The notes beneath the pieces are model-generated. The model was not told the origin of the DNA. It searched no databases and saw nothing but the letters and a program-made list of their open reading frames with translations. The translations under genes and the position numbers were made by a program. From contig CP065004.1 of NCBI GenBank assembly GCA_016700135.1, positions 90,001 to 122,000 of the forward strand: DNA of 32,000 nt, written 5' to 3'. This document shows, in pieces, positions 17,576-24,721 of this stretch; the first letter of the stretch is position 1, and every line of letters starts with the position of its first letter. This stretch comes from Candidatus Saccharimonadota bacterium. GTDB taxonomy: Bacteria > Patescibacteriota > Microgenomatia > UBA1406 > GWC2-37-13.

Positions 17576-19244
17576 TCATATCGTTGGAGAATGTCTGTCC
17601 AAACGGTGTGAGTTCTTCCCTACATTTTCCAAACATCTTATTGGAATAGATCGTATCGTAATAGATGTAATCTACATGCTCTAAAAAGGAACAATCAAGA
17701 AACTTTACTTCATTGTATCTTTCCTTGAAATCAATATCAGTCAGTTCAAGCTGAACCCAGTTATTGATATATTCCTGTTTACCCGTAAACGCACTGACAT
17801 ATGAAGTGTCAGCAAATCGGGATTTCTGTTCCTGATCAATAATATGAAACGCACTGAATAAAATGCCGTCCGGTCTTTCCTTAAGGTACTGCAATGCGGA
17901 AATTTCATCATCAGGAATATACACACCGTTCAATTCGGTAAAACCCTTCATAACCTCCAGGTTGCTCGGGAAGACAGCGGCCATAAGAATTAATCCAATA
18001 ATTATTCCGACAATCTTTTTAGACTTTATCAGGTCGTACACAACATAAGCACTGAAGAAATTGCCAATAAATATCGCATAGTAAAAGAACTGTACCGTAT
18101 TCCACCATATTCCCTTTTGGATAAATAAAACGGAAATCAAAGTTGCAAAGAAAATAATCAAAGTCAGGTATACATCAAACCGTTGTATGTTTTTTGCAAT
18201 CAGTGCCTTCGTCCCCGTATAAAACATTCCGATAAACCTTACTCCGAAGTTCATAAATACAAAAAGAAATACTGAGAATAATTCTATGAGCAGTAATCGC
18301 ATACTCATAGGATTTACCGAATATAAAAAATACCGTTGTTGCACAAGATCCGGCATAAAAAAAAGATTCGGCGATTCAATCATCGAATGGACGAGAGAAA
18401 ACGGAGCGAATATCAGGATTGACCCAGACTGCAATGAAACAAACGGATTGTAAAATACGATAACGGCAATAATCTGGAGCACTGAAAAAACCAATCCGTA
18501 TATGAATACCTTTTTCAGATTTCTGCTTCTGGCCAAATACTCCAACAAATACAATCCGGCCACAAAAATACTTATCACTCCTCCATAGAATTTGAGACCT
18601 ACCTGCAAAGCGACAATAAGTGATAATATCAGCATCCTTTTCATACTCCATTTTTTCTGATACACCAAAACAAGCTCAGCAAGAAGCAGAGCAAATGAAA
18701 GCGCAAGCTGCAGATTTGTCATCATCAGACTCGACTGCATAGCCAGAAGACCCGTCGAACCTTCGATCGTCTTACTGTGAAAGAGTGTCAGAAAATATCC
18801 GAATGACCCGCTGAAAAAAAAGAAAAATAAAAGCAATGACACAAAAAGTACAGAATTTTTTATCATACGTCCCAATTTGACCAGAAGATAGGTAAACAAA
18901 ATGAACCACAGAACAGGAAGTAATTTAAAAAACACATACAACGGCGGCAATCCGAGTTTGGAAAAGATGAAAATAACAAGGTCCAAAAGGATATTGTATC
19001 CGGAAAGCAATGCCCCGGCATAGACCGGTGATATAAACGGAATCTCATTGAAGGACACTGCAGCAAGCGCGAGATGCCAGATCGAATCATTGGCATGAAC
19101 ACCGTAAAAGTAAATGCCGCAGGCTTCACCCACACAACGATACGTACCGCTTGGCATAATCATCAACATATGAAAGAAAAAGGCAGGAACAATTACCAGT
19201 AAAAGAACGGGGTTCTTCCTGATATAATCGTAAGTATGGCGCAT
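17556..19244 (-). CDS. Large polytopic membrane protein of unknown function (562 aa from ATG 19244) with a C-terminal soluble domain
   Basis: MRHTYDYIRKNPVLLLVIVPAFFF (TM1) is followed by the loop GVHANDSIWHLALAAVSF. There are at least 12 hydrophobic helices and a soluble C-terminus of about 130 aa. The tracked ORF runs on to 19460, but that extension is antisense to the GT2 gene. ATG 19244 has a TATAAT 6 nt upstream. Confidence 0.55.
   Translation of the reverse strand: MRHTYDYIRKNPVLLLVIVPAFFFHMLMIMPSGTYRCVGEACGIYFYGVHANDSIWHLALAAVSFNEIPFISPVYAGALLSGYNILLDLVIFIFSKLGLPPLYVFFKLLPVLWFILFTYLLVKLGRMIKNSVLFVSLLLFFFFFSGSFGYFLTLFHSKTIEGSTGLLAMQSSLMMTNLQLALSFALLLAELVLVYQKKWSMKRMLILSLIVALQVGLKFYGGVISIFVAGLYLLEYLARSRNLKKVFIYGLVFSVLQIIAVIVFYNPFVSLQSGSILIFAPFSLVHSMIESPNLFFMPDLVQQRYFLYSVNPMSMRLLLIELFSVFLFVFMNFGVRFIGMFYTGTKALIAKNIQRFDVYLTLIIFFATLISVLFIQKGIWWNTVQFFYYAIFIGNFFSAYVVYDLIKSKKIVGIIIGLILMAAVFPSNLEVMKGFTELNGVYIPDDEISALQYLKERPDGILFSAFHIIDQEQKSRFADTSYVSAFTGKQEYINNWVQLELTDIDFKERYNEVKFLDCSFLEHVDYIYYDTIYSNKMFGKCREELTPFGQTFSNDMIRIFER
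19220..19228 (+). promoter_or_regulatory. Putative extended -10 promoter (TGATATAAT) for the GT2 gene at 19236; leaderless configuration
   Basis: TG-A-TATAAT at 19220-19228, a 7-nt spacer (cgtaagt), then ATG at 19236. No Shine-Dalgarno sequence is possible in 7 nt. Confidence 0.45.
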
Positions 19245-20060
19245 ATAGCAATTATAACCGTAGTCTATAAAAATTATAGTATACTGAACGACTTTCTTCT
19301 CAGCCTTACGAAACAATCGAACAAAAACTTTCATCTTTTTATCGCTGATGCGTCGCCTGAAAGAAAGGAAATAAAAGCGGAAGGAATTGAAATGACTGTT
19401 ATCCCTATTGATAACAAAGGGTATGCACACGGAGTAAACACGGGCATAAAGAAAGCACAATCAATGGGCTTTGAACGGTACTGTGTGATCAATGACGATG
19501 TGTATTTCAACGAAGACTTTGTTCATAAACTCGAAAACACATTTGATGAACATCCGAAGACCGTCTTTGGCGGTAAGATTTACTATGCCCCCGGTTACGA
19601 ATTCCATAAAGATCGGTATTCAAAAGATGATGCCGGTACCGTTTTGTGGTACGCAGGCGGAACCGTTGACTGGGCACATGCCACCACCGGACACCGCGGA
19701 GTAGATGAGGTGGATCAAGGACAGTTTGATATCCCTGAACAAACGGAGTTCATAACGGGATGTCTGACATGTTTCGATCAACAGGTTGTAGATCAAATCG
19801 GATACTGGGATGAAAACTATTTTCTTTATTATGAAGATGCCGACTACAGTGAACGGGCGAAGAGAAACAATATCCCTTTGTATTATGTTCCAGGATTGAT
19901 GATCTGGCACAAAAACGCGCAATCAACTGACGGTTCAGGTTCTGAACTACATCAAAAACTGCAAAAAAAGGCACAGCTCAGATTTTCGAATAAATTTGCA
20001 CCTTTCAGGACAAAACTTCATGTGCTGAAGAATTATTATGGCTCTAGACTAGCACATTAA
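19236..20060 (+). CDS. Family 2 glycosyltransferase, WbbL/rhamnosyltransferase-like subgroup (274 aa); the last 6 codons and the stop are supplied by the IS end
   Basis: IAIITVVYKNY ... FIADASP ... NKGYAHGVNTGIKKA ... VINDDVYF ... YFLYYEDADYSERAKRNN. Paralogous in pattern to the gene at 29639-30535. The reading frame crosses into the IS left inverted repeat at 20040. Confidence 0.75.
   Translation: MAHIAIITVVYKNYSILNDFLLSLTKQSNKNFHLFIADASPERKEIKAEGIEMTVIPIDNKGYAHGVNTGIKKAQSMGFERYCVINDDVYFNEDFVHKLENTFDEHPKTVFGGKIYYAPGYEFHKDRYSKDDAGTVLWYAGGTVDWAHATTGHRGVDEVDQGQFDIPEQTEFITGCLTCFDQQVVDQIGYWDENYFLYYEDADYSERAKRNNIPLYYVPGLMIWHKNAQSTDGSGSELHQKLQKKAQLRFSNKFAPFRTKLHVLKNYYGSRLAH
19251..19256 (-). promoter_or_regulatory. 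Putative -10 box (TATAAT) for the minus-strand gene starting at 19244; leaderless configuration
   Basis: The minus strand reads cggt-TATAAT-tgctat-ATG, a 6-nt spacer. The box lies inside codons 6-7 of the plus-strand GT2 gene. Confidence 0.4.
20033..20039. repeat. Target-site duplication, left copy (TTATTAT)
   Basis: An identical 7-mer lies directly outside the other IS end at 20755-20761. Confidence 0.75.
20040..20054. repeat. IS terminal inverted repeat at the transposase 3' end
   Basis: GGCTCTAGACTAGCA. It contains the transposase stop codon (TAG, 20044-20046 on the minus strand). Confidence 0.8.
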
Positions 20061-20718
20061 CAATTTGTAATAGTTCATTGTAAAGGATCGATGGGGATTT
20101 GCTCCATCTCCATTCACACTCTTTCAAGTGTAATGGAAAGTTTTTCTTTACACCATTGAACTTAACGAGACGTCTTTTACAAAAGGACCAGAATGACTCT
20201 ATGCCATTGATATGGACCCCTTTTGTATTTGAGAACTCATTTTTCTTGTGATTGATTCTCAAATGTTTGTCATACCCGACATCAACAAGTCCGTTGTATC
20301 CGCTCCACGAATCTGAATATACAGTACTGTTCAAGTCAATCTTTCCCTTCATAACAGCATGTAGCGTTCTTCTTTTACAGTTTGGAATGATACGAGTAAA
20401 TACACGTCCTTGACGCTCATATATCCCAAATACTACCTGCTTAAATGACGTCCCACGACCTCTTTTACTTGACTTGCCTCTCATCCTTCGAGGTCCAAAG
20501 TATGATTCATCAATTTCTATCTCACCACCAACATATCGTTGCATCTGGTGCACTTGGTGATGATATATGAGTTGACGAATATTATTGTAATATTTGTTGA
20601 CTGTATTGCGGTTGAGACCCAAAATACCAGAGGTCTGTGTAGCACTCAGATCGTGTGCAAAACACCATAGTATCTTTTTTCTCTTGTATTTTGATATCGG
20701 CCTATTGTTACAAACCAT
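20044..20718 (-). CDS. IS1595-family DDE transposase (ISXO2-like domain), 224 aa
   Basis: An N-terminal HTH-like region (LSATQTSGILGLNRNTVNKYY) is followed by IEIDESYFGPRR..KRGRGT..KQVVFGIYERQGRVFT ... VYSDSWSGYNGL ... HLRINHKKNEF ... HINGIESFWSFCKRRL. This is the pattern of ISXO2-like/IS1595 transposases. Confidence 0.85.
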   Translation of the reverse strand: MVCNNRPISKYKRKKILWCFAHDLSATQTSGILGLNRNTVNKYYNNIRQLIYHHQVHQMQRYVGGEIEIDESYFGPRRMRGKSSKRGRGTSFKQVVFGIYERQGRVFTRIIPNCKRRTLHAVMKGKIDLNSTVYSDSWSGYNGLVDVGYDKHLRINHKKNEFSNTKGVHINGIESFWSFCKRRLVKFNGVKKNFPLHLKECEWRWSKSPSILYNELLQIVNVLV

Positions 20719-20739
20719 ACCTCTAGTTTAGCACTACTC

Positions 20740-20754
20740 TGCTAGTCTAGAGCC
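20740..20754. repeat. IS terminal inverted repeat at the transposase 5' end
   Basis: TGCTAGTCTAGAGCC, the exact reverse complement of 20040-20054. Confidence 0.8.
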
Positions 20755-20761
20755 TTATTAT
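20755..20761. repeat. Target-site duplication, right copy (TTATTAT)
   Basis: Identical to 20033-20039. Confidence 0.75.
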
Positions 20762-20773
20762 TTATAGTAACTG

Positions 20774-22420
20774 ATGAATATCTTTTCTTCAATGAAACAG
20801 TATGTGTATACTCATAAACTTCTTGTAATACTGGCACTTCTGTTTCTGTTTATAAGACTTCCCGCACTTGACCAAATCTATCTTCTGCATGATGAGCGGG
20901 ATATCATTTTGAGCGGATACAGTATCGCAAAAACCGGTAATGATCTGACCGGAGAATATCTTCCTCTGGCATTTGAAGGAATACATCCGAAAACGCCGTT
21001 TATATCCATATATTTCAGTGCTCTCTGGTGGCAGCTTATGCCGGAACGGTCTGTATTCTTTGCCAGACTTCCATTTTTGATTAGTACTACCCTGTTGATT
21101 TTCCTCGTTTACCAACTGATACTTGTCATTACCAGGAAAAAAGACCTCGCTCTTCTGACGTGTGTTATCTACTGTTTCAGTCCGTGGATTTTTCATATGA
21201 CAAGACTTGCTCTTGAAGTCAATCTTGCCATTCTCTTTACTCTGGCAGGCTGTATTCTATATCTATCAAAGAGAAAATGGGTATCATTTTTGTTATTCTT
21301 TTGTGCTTTTTATTCCTATCAGGCGTACCGTGTTCTTATTCCCCTATTACTGATATATCTTGAACTGTATTTTATTTTACAGTCTGACCTGAAATTATAC
21401 GGCAAATTTGTTAAGCAGCTGGCGATCAATATCGGCGTTTTTATATTCTTTTTTATCTCAAGTATTTTTATTGACAGCAAAATCACATCCGGGCGTCTGA
21501 GTGAAATCATTTTTTTCGACACTGATACTCTAACAAAAGAAGTTTACTTTAAGCGGATGACTTCGACTGCACCGTCATGGCTTCAACGTATTTTTCACAA
21601 TAAACTAACTTCCTCAATCGATTACATTATCGATACGGCACTGAAAGGAATTAGTCTGGATCATCTTTTTAAAAAAGGAGATGCCAGCCCGACAAACGGC
21701 ACGACATCAGGAGGGCAGTTCTTCATTTTCTTTTTACCAATCTATCTCCTGGGATTAATCCGTCTTGCGATTACTAAAAATGTATCTTTACTATATGCAG
21801 CAGGCTTTGTCGTTATCGGAATTGTCCCGTCTCTTATCAATTCACACAGCGCAACATTTGCATTCCGGTCATCCTTTATGGCTCTCGGATTTGCTTATAT
21901 TATCGCATTCGGCACATTGTTTGCATGGAAAAATTTGATTCAACTTCCGCTCCTTCTGAGAAGATCTGTAATGATTGTCACTCTCGGAATTGTTATTCTC
22001 ACAGTTCAATATTTTGCGTATAACTACTTCTTCCGTCGATCGATTACCGTTTCGGAGTTTTATTTTGAACATGAAAGAAAACTGGCTGAATATTTGATCG
22101 CCAATCCGGATATCCGGTATGTCTATCACACCTCTCCAAGTGAGGCTTATCTGTCGTACGTTTTCCTTAACAACGATATAACCTTCAACACCGTTCGAGC
22201 CGATTACTCCAACAAAAAAGATTTAGAAGCAGGTTCAGTCAAATTTCTGAACTGTACAAAACATAAAGATCTTTATGCGGATAAAGAGAAAGCCAGAGTT
22301 ATATTTGAAGGATGCGCCGATGATAAGCAGAAAAAAGTTTTGATACCAAACCCATCCGTAGGTAAAATTCCGTTTAGCGATATCTCCAATCAGTCAGCTT
22401 ATTTCATTGTAAAACCTTAA
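20774..22420 (+). CDS. PMT_2/ArnT-like GT-C membrane glycosyltransferase (548 aa), paralog family A
   Basis: TM1 is followed by QIYLLHDERDIILSGYSIAKTGNDLTGEYLPLAFEG. Contains the loop KKGDASPTNGT. Polytopic with a C-terminal soluble domain. The stop shares TTAA with the convergent gene. Confidence 0.7.
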   Translation: MNIFSSMKQYVYTHKLLVILALLFLFIRLPALDQIYLLHDERDIILSGYSIAKTGNDLTGEYLPLAFEGIHPKTPFISIYFSALWWQLMPERSVFFARLPFLISTTLLIFLVYQLILVITRKKDLALLTCVIYCFSPWIFHMTRLALEVNLAILFTLAGCILYLSKRKWVSFLLFFCAFYSYQAYRVLIPLLLIYLELYFILQSDLKLYGKFVKQLAINIGVFIFFFISSIFIDSKITSGRLSEIIFFDTDTLTKEVYFKRMTSTAPSWLQRIFHNKLTSSIDYIIDTALKGISLDHLFKKGDASPTNGTTSGGQFFIFFLPIYLLGLIRLAITKNVSLLYAAGFVVIGIVPSLINSHSATFAFRSSFMALGFAYIIAFGTLFAWKNLIQLPLLLRRSVMIVTLGIVILTVQYFAYNYFFRRSITVSEFYFEHERKLAEYLIANPDIRYVYHTSPSEAYLSYVFLNNDITFNTVRADYSNKKDLEAGSVKFLNCTKHKDLYADKEKARVIFEGCADDKQKKVLIPNPSVGKIPFSDISNQSAYFIVKP

Positions 22421-23526
22421 TTTCCCTTACTTCGGGATATTAATTTCGGCAGATAGGTGATGAGTAAATAGAGCGCAGTCAATCCGGCCGAAATATAAAT
22501 AATAGTATCTTTCATTTGTACTTTTTCCACGGTATCCCAACCGCCATACCTGATATAGGGATAGTATGAAACCAAAAGTCCGAATAAAAAGATCTGTAGT
22601 CTGTCAATAATCTTGGAAAAAAACGGTATGAAGATAAACAGCGGGAGGAAATACCATGGCTGTATCTGACTGAAAAAATTCAGGTACAGAAGAAGAATAA
22701 TTTGAAGACATAAAGCCGCGATATTGACGGCTTTATTCTGTTTACTCAAAAACACTACAGGCAGTGTCAGATACTTAATCCCTGCGGACATGAGCAGCCA
22801 GAATCTTGAAGATAACTGTCGGTTTTCCCACAAGTAAAAGATCCCGATAACCGCAAGAGTCACGGAAATTAGATCGTTGTGTGCGTTCACGACGCCTTCG
22901 ATAAGAACTAATGGATGGGTTGCAAAGATCACTGCCCAACGATTATTAAGTTTTTCCAGATAAAAAACGGTAAGGATATATCCTATGACAAACAGCGCTT
23001 TGAAGAAAATAAAATTCAGAATAAATTTTCCCATTGCAAGAAATGACGGAACAAGACTAATCACAAGGAAACTCGGACCGTATGGATATGTTCTGTGTGT
23101 CCAGTGCATGAAACGAAGCCACTCATCCTGATAAAAATCTCCCGGCATATACTGATATGGGTTTTTACCGTAAAAAGTCAGGATTTTCGCATCAAAAATA
23201 TAATTGAAAAGGTCATGAGAAAAAAGCGGATATGACAAAAGTAAAATGAGACCGATACCTACGGATAATCGGAACGGATGCAGTTTTTTGTAATGCTTTA
23301 CAAAATATAAATGGGAAAGAAATAAAATAATAAGAAGCAGAATATATATATTTGCAGATGTTGATCTCATGTTGTAGCCGAGATGCACAAGGGGGTCTCT
23401 GAAAGAAACCCAGAGCGGGTGACTAATCAGAGTCAGATTCGGATCAATAAGAGCAAAAGAATATACTGCCAATCCGGCAATTGTGAGAAAAAATACCACT
23501 ACGATGATTTTCAGCAGATTAGACAT
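22417..23526 (-). CDS. GT-C membrane glycosyltransferase, DUF2029/GT87 (MptA/MptB/PimE-like), 369 aa from ATG 23526
   Basis: The loop SHDLFNYIFDAKILTFYGKNPYQYMPGDF ... RTYPYGPSFL matches the D..Y...G.NPY ... (P)YGP signature of polyprenol-phosphate-mannose-dependent mannosyltransferases. ATG 23526 overlaps the upstream stop (ATGTCTAA). The longer 23559 start would add 11 non-hydrophobic residues. Confidence 0.55.
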   Translation of the reverse strand: MSNLLKIIVVVFFLTIAGLAVYSFALIDPNLTLISHPLWVSFRDPLVHLGYNMRSTSANIYILLLIILFLSHLYFVKHYKKLHPFRLSVGIGLILLLSYPLFSHDLFNYIFDAKILTFYGKNPYQYMPGDFYQDEWLRFMHWTHRTYPYGPSFLVISLVPSFLAMGKFILNFIFFKALFVIGYILTVFYLEKLNNRWAVIFATHPLVLIEGVVNAHNDLISVTLAVIGIFYLWENRQLSSRFWLLMSAGIKYLTLPVVFLSKQNKAVNIAALCLQIILLLYLNFFSQIQPWYFLPLFIFIPFFSKIIDRLQIFLFGLLVSYYPYIRYGGWDTVEKVQMKDTIIYISAGLTALYLLITYLPKLISRSKGN

Positions 23527-24721
23527 AGTTCGGAAAACGTTTGTGCAACGTAAAAACAATCAGTATGTAGATCGGAAAGTACAGAATCATAAGGTATCGT
23601 GGTGAAATCGGAATAAAAAGAAGATACATAAGGGCAATAACCACCCACATCGAAAGAAATATCCCAAATGAATCAGGCAGTTTTGAAGAAATTGCATGTT
23701 TTTTCTCAAACACGATTTTTTTTGCCGTAACGACAAGCATGGTGACAGCAATTCCCATCCCTGCGAGAAAATACACCGGCCAGAATATCGACCAGTGCTC
23801 GTATGAAATATAAGGTTCAGTACCCCACCATACTTTCCATTTGTTGAAAAGGACAAACGGGACAATGTTCCCCCATACGGAAGCCGTATCAATGGAGTTA
23901 TTTTTCCAGAAAAGAAAAATCCATTTTTGGACACCAAGGAATGTCCTGACGGTTCCTCCCTGAATAAAAAGCATAAGATACGACATCATGTATGTCAGAC
24001 CGGCAAGCACTGAAACTCCTGAAATAGAAATAGCGTCTGCGGTTAGTTTTTTCCTTTTGCCGAACAGATTAAGTATCCCGAGATAGATTGCAGAAACGGT
24101 AAGCAGAACAATCACCGGAAAGAATAATTTTATACCGGCCATCGCACCGGCCGATAATCCCATCAATAATAGATAGAGCTTCTTTGATGTTTGTAAATAT
24201 AAAAGAAAAAACAGTATATACGCAAGAAGAAATGACACCTGAATAATATCAAGTATCGGTGCATAATACAGCTGATCACGAAAAACTGTGTCGGTTGAGA
24301 GAAAAAAAATTCCCAACAGTACCCCGTTCCGGGATGCCGTTAAACGGTAGATAATCACGGAAACAATAAGATAGACAAGAAAACCGAAAACAAGCGATGA
24401 AACCCGGTTATTTCCGCTTAACACCGTAATCCATCCGATAATATATTTACCTAGGGGTGGGTGGTCAGAATTAATGAGAATCGGATTAAGACCGTGGACA
24501 TAGGCATACCCGGCATGACTCAAGAGCATTTCATCTGATATATAATGCTTAGACTGAGGGATTACATACTGCGACTTGTTGTAGCTGTCTTCATATTGTT
24601 TCGCATCATACTTCTCGGTATATCGTTCGAATTCAGAAATGACCGGTATGATATGCCATATGAACGTCACTAATGCCGCCGCAACGAGAATTATGGTAAT
24701 ATGTTTTTTTTGTATTTTCAT
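23519..24721 (-). CDS. PMT/PMT_2-like GT-C membrane glycosyltransferase (400 aa)
   Basis: TM1 is followed by the loop YISDEMLLSHAGYAYVHGLNPILINSDHPPLGKYIIGW, a DE motif plus HPPLGKY as in protein O-mannosyltransferase-like enzymes. Polytopic. The start overlaps the upstream stop by 1 nt (TAATG). Confidence 0.65.
   Translation of the reverse strand: MKIQKKHITIILVAAALVTFIWHIIPVISEFERYTEKYDAKQYEDSYNKSQYVIPQSKHYISDEMLLSHAGYAYVHGLNPILINSDHPPLGKYIIGWITVLSGNNRVSSLVFGFLVYLIVSVIIYRLTASRNGVLLGIFFLSTDTVFRDQLYYAPILDIIQVSFLLAYILFFLLYLQTSKKLYLLLMGLSAGAMAGIKLFFPVIVLLTVSAIYLGILNLFGKRKKLTADAISISGVSVLAGLTYMMSYLMLFIQGGTVRTFLGVQKWIFLFWKNNSIDTASVWGNIVPFVLFNKWKVWWGTEPYISYEHWSIFWPVYFLAGMGIAVTMLVVTAKKIVFEKKHAISSKLPDSFGIFLSMWVVIALMYLLFIPISPRYLMILYFPIYILIVFTLHKRFPNYV

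Larger units (their letters stand above)
20040..20754 (-). mobile_element. Intact IS1595-family (IS1016-like) insertion sequence, 715 bp
   Basis: Perfect 15-bp terminal inverted repeats: GGCTCTAGACTAGCA at 20040-20054 and its reverse complement at 20740-20754. A 7-bp direct repeat TTATTAT flanks the element. A single transposase ORF fills it. Confidence 0.85.

Noticed and set aside
19245-19460. N-terminal extension of the minus-strand ORF 17556-19460 (72 extra residues, MCFLYARVYSVCIPF...).
   Set aside because: The extension is simply the antisense reading of the GT2 gene 5' region. It is Arg/Phe/Cys-rich, with no TM or signal character. The internal ATG at 19244 gives a normal short N-terminus plus TM1 and has a TATAAT 6 nt upstream.
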